Assembly: GCF_006345805.1 (NCBI RefSeq)
Contig: NW_021827922.1
Span: 1-9,571, forward strand
Direction: 5' to 3'
Origin: Octopus sinensis
Taxonomy: Eukaryota
Length of the DNA stretch: 9,571 nt
The translations under genes were made by a program, and so were the position numbers. Under the pieces are notes generated by a model. The model did no database searches, was not told the DNA's origin, and worked only from the letters and a program-made list of their open reading frames with translations. Below are positions 1 to 6,890 of the stretch, piece after piece; position 1 is the first letter of the stretch; every line of letters begins with the position of its first letter.

Positions 1-55
1 GATAATTGTTTCCAAATTAATTAATTTCACCCTCATTGTTACTCATAAACCATAT
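1..55 (+). repeat. Direct repeat copy 1 (runs off the window edge)
   Basis: GATAATTGTTTCCAAATTAATTAATTTCACCCTCATTGTTACTCATAAACCATAT matches 584-638 apart from two 1-nt homopolymer indels and one C/T substitution. Confidence 0.92.
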
Positions 56-246
56 TCATCCCAGTAATGACCACAGCACTTTGTCTTGGCTACACGCGGG
101 TGGGAAGGGACTGGTGACACAAGCTTTCATTCATACTTTGAATTTGGTGATACTAGCTGTGGCTTCTAACTCGCTCTGATATGAGTTGAGTTGGTGCCTT
201 CTAGTATCTCAAAATTCAATATTCAATCATTCATGATTGTTATTAT

Positions 247-336
247 CCTGCGCTGATGAAAGAAGAAGTTGGGTAAAGTAGAGTTCTCTAATTTTATGCT
301 TTCCTAAGACTTGATCTCGAAACGTACGTCCGTAGG
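247..336 (+). ncRNA. Minimal type I hammerhead ribozyme (Penelope/retrozyme-type)
   Basis: Stem I CCTGCG 247-252 pairs with CGTAGG 331-336 (5 Watson-Crick pairs + 1 G-U). CTGATGA at 253-259 and GAAA at 319-322. Stem III is C323-G328 closing a palindromic GTAC loop. GTC triplet 328-330 predicts cleavage after C330. Long imperfect stem II spans 260-318, with A260.C318 in place of the usual G10.1-C11.1 pair. Confidence 0.78.
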
Positions 337-583
337 TGACTTAAAACTGTATGATAGATTGCCGTTAATTCATTCTCTTTTACCTGTTTGTGTTTGCCTT
401 TCAAATGCTGTGCCTTTACTGTGATCTCTCTTTTAGTAGAAGAAATAGCTATAATCTCTTTGACTGCTATTTCTAAATTCGGTGTGTGGTAAGGCAATTC
501 GTTGCTAAACCCTTAATTGCTTAGTATTACTTAAATTTTCCTCGAATGAGGCTTTTACATGCCGAAGACTACTTGGTGTAATT

Positions 584-638
584 GATAATTGTTCCAAATT
601 AATTAATTTCACCCTTCATTGTTACTCATAAACTATAT
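584..638 (+). repeat. Direct repeat copy 2 (583-bp offset from copy 1)
   Basis: GATAATTGTTCCAAATTAATTAATTTCACCCTTCATTGTTACTCATAAACTATAT, running directly into a (TA)n tract. Confidence 0.92.
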
Positions 639-661
639 ATATATATATATATATATACATG

Positions 662-707
<46 letters not shown>

Positions 708-740
708 CACACACACACACACTCTCACACACACTCATAT
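634..740. repeat. Compound (TA)n-(CA)n microsatellite
   Basis: Read directly: (TA)~12, then (AC)n with CTCT interruptions. Confidence 0.97.
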
Positions 741-804
741 GACATTTTTTTTTTGCTGTGTTATCTTATCGGCTGCTGCTCACAAGAACTTAGTCAATAT
801 ACAC

Positions 805-882
805 GACACTTGACATTTGGTGAAGGCGCTGCGATTTGTGATCGAACTCGGTACCCTATTTAAGTGAATATACCTGCTCTTA
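805..882 (-). mobile_element. Highly decayed tRNA-SINE head (family B-like)
   Basis: The reverse strand has GGTACCGAGTTCGATCAC (B-box-like) followed by ...CAAGTGTC. This is colinear with family B GGTTCCGGGTTCAGTCCC...GGCAAGTGTC, but identity is low. Confidence 0.3.
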
Positions 883-894
883 TAAATACTGGCA

Positions 895-1010
895 TACACA
901 TACATATATAATTATATAGATGTGTACGTGTGTACGGGTGTGTGTTTGTATGCGTGTGTGTATGTACGTGCATGTGAGTGTGCGCGCGCGTATCTACACA
1001 CGCGTATCTA
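895..1010. repeat. Alternating purine-pyrimidine (AT/GT/GC) tract
   Basis: Mixed dinucleotide repeats including GTGTGCGCGCGCGT; Z-DNA-prone composition. Confidence 0.85.
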
Positions 1011-1041
1011 TGAACTAATCGCACGTTCATTTGTCTTATGT

Positions 1042-1386
1042 CTATACAGGTGTACGCTGTTTTTGTTTGTGTGCGCATGCGTGCAAGTAATCTAGCACCG
1101 GCCAACGTTTGAAGAAGGAAGATGTACAAAATGAATCGCAAAGATTGCACAGTCTATTTTGGTCGTCAGCATTCTGTTTAATTTCCTCTGTAGTAATCTC
1201 AGTTAGATATCGTCTGCCTTTTAACAGAAAACTCCGGCAGTCCGATGGATCAATGGTGAATGGAACAGTATCATAGACAACCCTCGTCTCTTTTTCATTG
1301 GATGCAAATTTACACTCGCTCCCAGCTCCACCACGCTCTTCAATGCTTATATTTATCACTCCTGTCTCCCACACATCACCTGACAT
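1042..1386 (-). other. Candidate 114-aa ORF in a unique-sequence island (unassigned)
   Basis: Complex, protein-like translation (MSGDVWETGVINISIEE...). No recognisable domain and no convincing splice donor. Confidence 0.15.
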
Positions 1387-1466
1387 CAAGGCTCCACCTT
1401 ACCTCACCGTACTTCGCACTTTCTTCTCCACACACAGTCCCACTCGTTCTCTCTTTCGCTCTCCTT

Positions 1467-1625
1467 ATATATATATATATATACACACAAACAGACACAC
1501 ATATATGACATATACGACTTGTCTTCTCTATCTCTTTCCAATTTCTAGACTCCTCTGACTCCTCTGAGTACACGTGTGTGTGCGTGCGCGCGTGTGTGTG
1601 TGTCTGTGTGTACGCGCGCCTGTGA
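1467..1625. repeat. (TA)n/(CA)n and (GT)n/(GC)n dinucleotide patches
   Basis: (AT)n at about 1467-1483 and GTGTGTGTGCGTGCGCGCGTGTG at about 1574-1620. Confidence 0.8.
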
Positions 1626-1740
1626 GTAGTTCTGTACGTGTGTGTCCATATCGCAATGTGTTTAAATTGGACCGTACTGTTCTAAATATCTAAATGTGTT
1701 TTAACAAATACATATACAAATATACATATTTACCCAGAGG

Positions 1741-1765
1741 CGCACGCACACACACACATACATAC

Positions 1766-1816
<51 letters not shown>

Positions 1817-1870
1817 ACACACAAAAACACACACGTACGCATATATATATAAAGAGAGAGACGCATATGT
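1741..1870. repeat. (CA)n-(AT)16-(GT)7 compound microsatellite (quasi-palindromic)
   Basis: (AT)16 at 1771-1802 flanked by a CA tract on the left and a TG tract on the right. Confidence 0.95.
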
Positions 1871-1977
1871 GCGTGCGAAGTGTGCCATTTTATCCCCCCC
1901 CCCCAGCCAAAAAATAGAACGATATGATCGATAAAGAAACATATCATGTGTATATATAAACAAATTGATGTCTGAGT

Positions 1978-2080
1978 CTCCCTATCTCTCTTCCTCACTC
2001 CTTCGTTGTCTCTCCCTCTCTCTCGCTCTCTTTCTCTCTCTCGCTCTCGCTCTCTCTCTCTCTCTTTCTCTCTTCCCTTC
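1978..2080. repeat. (CT)n polypyrimidine tract
   Basis: About 100 bp of almost exclusively C/T on the + strand. Confidence 0.95.
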
Positions 2081-2125
2081 TAATTCTCCGTGAATGTTTC
2101 ATTCTGATTTGTGAGGTTACTTTTG

Positions 2126-2201
2126 CGTGTGTGTGTGTGCGTGTGTGTGCCTGTATATGTAGTCATACATAGTCATACAAACACATGCACATACACTAGT
2201 T

Positions 2202-2236
<35 letters not shown>

Positions 2237-2265
2237 AGAGAGAGAAACACACACACGAACTACAC
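2126..2265. repeat. (GT)n, (CA)n and (GA)n microsatellites
   Basis: Read directly from the sequence. Confidence 0.9.
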
Positions 2266-2330
2266 ATGCTCATATAACATTAACAACAATAATTTAGCAG
2301 CAACAACAACAACATCAATAGTGATAGAAA

Positions 2331-2521
2331 TAAGGGTTTCAAATTTTAGCAGAAGCTTCGGGTGAAAGCTAAGGGATTACATCGTCTCCAGTAGTCAACT
2401 GGTACTTAATTTTGTCGACCCCGAAAGGATGAAAGGCGGAATTTGAACTCAGAAGCTAAAGTCAAACGGAACGCCGAAAAGCATTTTGTCCGGTGTGCTA
2501 ACGATTCTGCCAGCTCACCGC
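2331..2521 (-). mobile_element. tRNA-derived SINE, family A copy A1
   Basis: The reverse strand reads GCGGTGAGCTGGCAGAATCGTTAGC (A box)...GAGTTCAAATTCC (B box)...TTTCATCCTTTCGGGGTCGA...AAGTACCAGT. It is homologous to 3181-3360, 3534-3716 and 4763-4972 and has a 15-bp internal deletion. Confidence 0.9.
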
Positions 2522-2543
2522 TACTACTACTACTACTACTACA

Positions 2544-2577
<34 letters not shown>

Positions 2578-2587
2578 TTACTACTAC

Positions 2588-2633
<46 letters not shown>

Positions 2634-2639
2634 GATGAT
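2521..2639. repeat. (CTA)~22 followed by (TGA)~17
   Basis: Read directly from the sequence. Confidence 0.98.
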
Positions 2640-2641
2640 AA

Positions 2642-2762
2642 TTTTTTTTTACTTGTTTCAGTCATTTGACTGCGGCCATGCTGGAGCACCGCCTTTAGTC
2701 GAGCACATCGACCCCAGGACTTATTGTCAAGCGATGTTGGGAGGACAACTACAGACACACAA

Positions 2763-2793
<31 letters not shown>

Positions 2794-2964
2794 CATATAT
2801 ACGACGGGCTTCTTTCAGTTTCCGTCTACCAAATCCACTCACAAGGCTTTGGTCGGCCCGAGGCTATAGTAGAAGACACTTGCCCAAGGTGCCACGCAGT
2901 GGGACTGAATCCGGAACCATGTGGTTGGTAAGCAAGCTACTTACCACACAGCCACTCCTGCGCC
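2642..2964 (-). mobile_element. tRNA-derived SINE, family B copy B1 (CORE-like central motif)
   Basis: The reverse complement aligns with 5012-5409 with 11 mismatches over the first ~180 nt. It has A box TGGCTGTGTGG, B box GGATTCAGTCCC, the motif CCTTGGGCAAGTG, an internal (TA)/(TG) tract, an 81-bp deletion and an A-run tail. Confidence 0.95.
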
Positions 2965-2968
2965 TATT

Positions 2969-2998
2969 TAAATAATAATAATAATGATAATAATAATG

Positions 2999-3083
<85 letters not shown>

Positions 3084-3180
3084 CAACAACAACAACAACA
3101 ACAACAATAATAATAATAATAATAATAAAATAATAATAATAATAATAATATAATAATATACACAATAATAATAATAATAA
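2969..3180. repeat. (TAA)~70 with an internal (CAA)8 block; probable expanded 3' tail of SINE A2
   Basis: Contiguous with the A2 3' end, which reads ...AGAAAGGA(TTA)n on the minus strand. Confidence 0.97.
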
Positions 3181-3360
3181 TCCTTTCTAGCGGAGGTATA
3201 GGGCCTCAAATTTGTCGGGATGGAGAGTAGTCAATTATATCGAACCTCAGTGTTTCACTGGTACTTAATTTATCGACCCCGAATGGATGAAAGACAAAAT
3301 CGACCTCGGCGGAATTTGATGAACTCAAACCGTAGCGACGAGCGAAATACTGCTAAGCAT
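3181..3360 (-). mobile_element. tRNA-derived SINE, family A copy A2 (5'-truncated)
   Basis: The reverse strand starts at ATGCTTAGCAGTATTTCG with no A box. The B box carries a TCA duplication (GAGTTCATCAAATTCC), followed by GCCGAGGTCGA...GGGGTCGATAAATTAAGTACCAG. Confidence 0.9.
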
Positions 3361-3380
3361 AATAATAATAATAATAATAA

Positions 3381-3411
<31 letters not shown>

Positions 3412-3531
3412 AAGAAGAAGAAGAAAAGAAGAAGAAAAGAAGAAGAAGAAGAAGAAGAAGAAGAAGAAGAAGAAGAAGAAGAAGAAGAAGAAGAAGAAGA
3501 AGAAATATGATGATGATGATGAAGATGAAGA
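3359..3531. repeat. (AAT)7-(AAG)~41-(GAT)n compound trinucleotide array
   Basis: Pure purine run at 3382-3505. Confidence 0.98.
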
Positions 3532-3533
3532 TT

Positions 3534-3716
3534 TGATTCTAATTTAGGCACAAGGCCAGCAATTTTGAGATAATAAGATTAGTGGATAGAAGCTGCTCGG
3601 TACTTGACTGTTACTACAAAGGATGAAAGACAAAATTTGACCTCGGCCAGATTTGAACTTAGAACGTAAACAGCCGGGAGATATTTTGTTCATTGCTCTA
3701 ACGATTTAGCCAATCC
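3534..3716 (-). mobile_element. tRNA-derived SINE, family A copy A3 (more diverged)
   Basis: The reverse strand reads GATTGGCTAAATCGTTAGAGC...AAGTTCAAATCTGGCCGAGGTCAA...TTTCATCCTTT...AAAATTGCTGGCCTTGTGCC. Confidence 0.85.
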
Positions 3717-3797
3717 ATGTAATAGTAGTGGTTGTGGTGGTGGTGTTAGCGGTGATGATGATGGTGGTGGCAGCAATATTATATAATAATGATAATA

Positions 3798-3851
<54 letters not shown>

Positions 3852-3895
3852 TAAGGATAATGATAATGATGATGATAATAATAATAATAATAATA

Positions 3896-3933
<38 letters not shown>

Positions 3934-4023
3934 TATTAATAATGATAATGATAATGATAATGATGATAATAATAATAATAATAATAATAATATAATAATA
4001 ATAATAATAATAAATATAATAAT
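3717..4023. repeat. Imperfect (GTG/GAT)n followed by a long (TAA/TGA)n array
   Basis: Read directly from the sequence. Confidence 0.95.
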
Positions 4024-4369
4024 ACTGTCTACCTCATCGTGAAAATCTAAGGCACCATAAGTGACGAGTGTTTCATTACCATACGACTTCACTGAGTTAT
4101 TTGAGAAAGTAACTGGAAACCGACTCTCTGTGACCCTTAACGTGGATCACTGTCTGAATACGAAACCTTAAATTGTGCCCTTACCACCTAAGGGTTTGTG
4201 CTATATTATACCTAGAGAGGATTAAAAGAAGAAAAGAAACATCATTATTTTATTTTTTACTAAATTAAAACGTTTTAAGGGATTTGTTTACCTCTGGGCA
4301 TTTGGCAGCCATTATTAATAGGTTTCTTTTTCTGGGGATTCGGCAGCCATTTTAAAACTCCGTTTCCTT

Positions 4370-4620
4370 GTTGTTGTTATCGTTGCTGGTGTTGTTCTTT
4401 AAATCCAGCTCAGCCTTGGTACAGCAAACCTATGGGCAGATGCTTTGCACCAGTGACCACTTGATACTTTTTATTTAGATATTGTGTATCTAGGAATGTA
4501 TTATTCAAAGTGTCCTTTACTTTCCAAAGTGTGGTTTAACTTATATTAAATCAGGTGGCTGCATAAATCTCTCTCTGTTTGGAATCAAATTTTTATGGGG
4601 AGTTGCTATTGTTGCTCGTT
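4370..4620 (-). mobile_element. Possible decayed interspersed repeat with an (AAC)n tail
   Basis: Recalled resemblance to a common octopus repeat (CAG.TCAGCC.TG...AGCA.ACCTATG...GTGTATCTAGGA...AATGTGTCCTT). There is no second copy in the window to confirm it. Confidence 0.3.
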
Positions 4621-4762
4621 CAAACAATGGTGGCGATGGAAGCGGTCTAAGTAGTGGTGGTGACAGCAGTTATGGTTGTGGTAGTAGTGGTGATGAGAGC
4701 AATACCAGTCGTGCAATTTTTGTTGATGTTATTCTTCTTATTAATATTTAACACTCGGCTAA

Positions 4763-4972
4763 GGCGTCGAGCTGGCAGATTCGTTAGCATACCGGGCAAA
4801 ATGCTTGGCGGCATTTCGTCCGCCTTTACATTCAAATTCCGTCGAGGTCGACTTTACCTTTCATCCTTTCAAGATCAATAAAAAAAATACTAGTTAAATA
4901 CTGGGGTCAATACAATCGAATTACTCCCTCTCCGTAATTGCTGGCATTGCGCCAAAATTTGAAATCAGTATT
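4763..4972 (+). mobile_element. tRNA-derived SINE, family A copy A4
   Basis: GGCGTCGAGCTGGCAGATTCGTTAGC A box. The B box is damaged by a 7-bp deletion (TTTACATTCAAATTCC). The 3' end reads GCTGGCATTGCGCCAAAATTTGAAATC. Confidence 0.9.
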
Positions 4973-5011
4973 TAACACTAGGCCATCTCCAGTTGAAAAA
5001 AATTCTAACCA

Positions 5012-5182
5012 GGCATAGGAGTGGCTGTGTGGTAAGTAGCTTGCTTACGAGCTACATGGTTCCGGGTTCTGTGTCACTGCGTGGCTCCTTGGGCAAGTGT
5101 CTTCTACTATAGCCTCGGGCCGACCAAAGCCTTGTGAGTGGATTTGGTAGACGGAAACTGAAAGAATCCCGTCGTATATATG

Positions 5183-5217
<35 letters not shown>

Positions 5218-5409
5218 ATGTTTGTCCCCCTAACATCGCTTGACAACCGATGCTGGTGTGTTTACGTCCCCGTAACTAGCGGTTCGGCAAAAGAGACCGA
5301 TAGAATAAGTACTGGGCTTACAAAGAATAAGTCCTGGGGTCGATTTGCTCGACTAAAGGCGGTGCTCCAGTCAAATGACTGAAACAAGTAAAAGAGTAAA
5401 AGAGTAAAG
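5012..5409 (+). mobile_element. tRNA-derived SINE, family B copy B2 (near full length)
   Basis: A box, B box, CORE-like CCTTGGGCAAGTG and an internal (TA)/(TG) tract. The tail is AGTAAAAG x2 plus AGTAAAG (5387-5409). There is an 11-bp deletion relative to B1. Confidence 0.95.
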
Positions 5410-5650
5410 CGTATAGGATCAGACCATCCATTTCTTTTCACGTTCTTTTTTGTTTTAGAAGAGAGTTGGCAAAACAACAACCAGGTATTTAACAGAAAAC
5501 ATATTGTGATAAGTGGAATGTTGATGTTCCTCAATTTACGAATGAAATGGAAGAAAAAAAAATCATTTGTGAAGGATAATGAGGTTTAGGTTTTGTATTC
5601 GGCTGAGAAGAAAATCTACTACTTACTATACAGCACCCGTAACCGGTGGA

Positions 5651-5982
5651 GCCGCTGCTGTCGTCTTCGTTGTAGTCGTCCTTCATATTATTGCTGCTTT
5701 TGTTGTGGTTGTTGTAGTTGTTCTTACCGTCGTCGTCCGTCGTAGTTACCGTCGTTGCTGTGGTTGTCATCGTTGTTGTTATTGTCGTAGTCGTCAGCGC
5801 AGCCATTGCCACAGTCGCCGCCGCCGCCGCCACAGCCACTGCCGTCGTCGTCGCCGTTATCGTCGTCGTCGTCGTCGCCGTCGCCACCGCTGTCATCGCC
5901 ATCGCTGCCATCGCCGCCATAGACGCCATCACCGCCGTCGTCGTCGTCGTATCGTCTTCTTCGTCATCATTATTGCTATCGT
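5651..5982. repeat. GC/CpG-rich cryptic trinucleotide tract (GTC/GCC/GTT/ATC)n
   Basis: In-phase degenerate triplets with one phase shift at 5737-5738. The repeat structure explains the long ORFs on both strands. Confidence 0.9.
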
Positions 5983-6548
5983 CCCGGGTCAGCTCCCACT
6001 TAGACCTCTGAACGAAGGTATTCAACTGACGATAATCCCCTCTTGGTTTCGAATATAATGTAACTATATTATCTTGGAATGTACTCGACTATTTCACGTA
6101 TTAAAGAACACAGGGTGCATTTTGATGTATGTTTGGTTGCTTTTTGTTGAAGGTCAATCGACTCCGTGGAGACTCATCTATCCATTGAGTCAAGCGTGCC
6201 AATTGATCACGGACGCTACATCATTGGTTCACGTGGCACAGTTGAAAGACCACCTTCTCCAGGAGTTTAATATTCATATGAATATTTGATACTAATGCCT
6301 CTCCGAAGTATCATTGTCACTACAAATAGTCTTTAATTTCAATGAAGAATGGAAGTGGCGCTTCGAAACACACTGAATTATCTTGGACCAAACGAACTCG
6401 AAGCATAACATGCTCGCACTTACATACACGCTCTCACACACATACATATACACATATGTGTGTGTGCTATTGGGCTGGGAAATTGTACAGTGAACGTGTA
6501 GTAATTTCTACTAAGTCAAGTTAATGATAGGTATATAGAGTGTATATT

Positions 6549-6552
<4 letters not shown>

Positions 6553-6606
<54 letters not shown>
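6553..6606. repeat. (AT)27
   Basis: Perfect repeat at the position of the internal AT tract of SINE B3. Confidence 0.98.
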
Positions 6607-6611
<5 letters not shown>

Positions 6612-6740
6612 GCGTCTTTCAGTCTCAGTTTCCGTCTACCAAATTCCCTCACAAATCTCAAGGTGCCACGCAAAGTAGACTGAGCCCTGGCACATGTGGC
6701 TGGGAAGCAAGCTTCTTACCACACAGCTACGCCTACGCCT
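6607..6740 (-). mobile_element. tRNA-derived SINE, family B copy B3 (5' half only, rearranged)
   Basis: Colinear with B1 2803-2964 (TTTCCGTCTACCAAAT...CAAGGTGCCACGCA...AAGCAAGC...TTACCACACAGC). It carries a ~40-bp deletion and a TCAGT duplication and stops at the AT tract. Confidence 0.88.
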
Positions 6741-6764
6741 ATATATAATATATATATATACATA

Positions 6765-6890
6765 CAGGAAAGAGGATTTGAAAATTGACTTGACCGGTTT
6801 CACTTTTTTAAAAATGGATTTTCAAAAGAGAAACCGGTCAAGTCAATAAACATCTTTAAAAGACTCTGCATTTTCAAATCCTCTTTTCTA
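6765..6890. mobile_element. Fold-back MITE-like element, Tc1/mariner-type ends (TA|CAG...), TA flanks
   Basis: Perfect inverted repeats 6769-6784/6871-6886 (16 bp) and 6785-6801/6830-6846 (17 bp). There is a 24-nt unpaired segment at 6847-6870 and TA at both 6763-6764 and 6891-6892. Confidence 0.65.

Larger units (their letters stand above)
1..638 (+). mobile_element. Hammerhead-containing non-coding repeat unit (Penelope-like pseudo-LTR or retrozyme-like element)
   Basis: Type I hammerhead inside a 583-bp unit with a terminal direct repeat. No + strand ORF of 60 aa or more lies within the unit. It ends in a (TA)n microsatellite. The class assignment is inference from known PLE/retrozyme architecture. 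Confidence 0.5.

Noticed and set aside
294-497. 67-aa minus ORF with a faint RNase H-like look (HLKG...ENEL)
   Set aside because: TTG start and no DEDD motifs in correct order. It is antisense to the hammerhead and the pyrimidine-rich intron-like segment, which explains its composition.
1200-1290. RVVYD-x14-LLKG spacing resembling the BEL/Pao RT motif RVVFDASAK...SLND.LLKGP
   Set aside because: The diagnostic ASA, SLND, GP and upstream YLPHH residues are absent; likely coincidence.
2443-4092. Long homopolymeric ORFs (poly-L, M, I, Y, K, E, S)
   Set aside because: These are translations of trinucleotide microsatellites and SINE bodies.
5531-6025. 164-aa minus ORF (T/A/D/N-rich, mucin-like)
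   Set aside because: Explained by stop-free triplet repeats; TTG start and no splice or domain evidence.
6269-6286. Perfect 18-bp palindrome AATATTCATATGAATATT
   Set aside because: A 9-bp arm in AT-rich DNA is plausible by chance in 9.6 kb.
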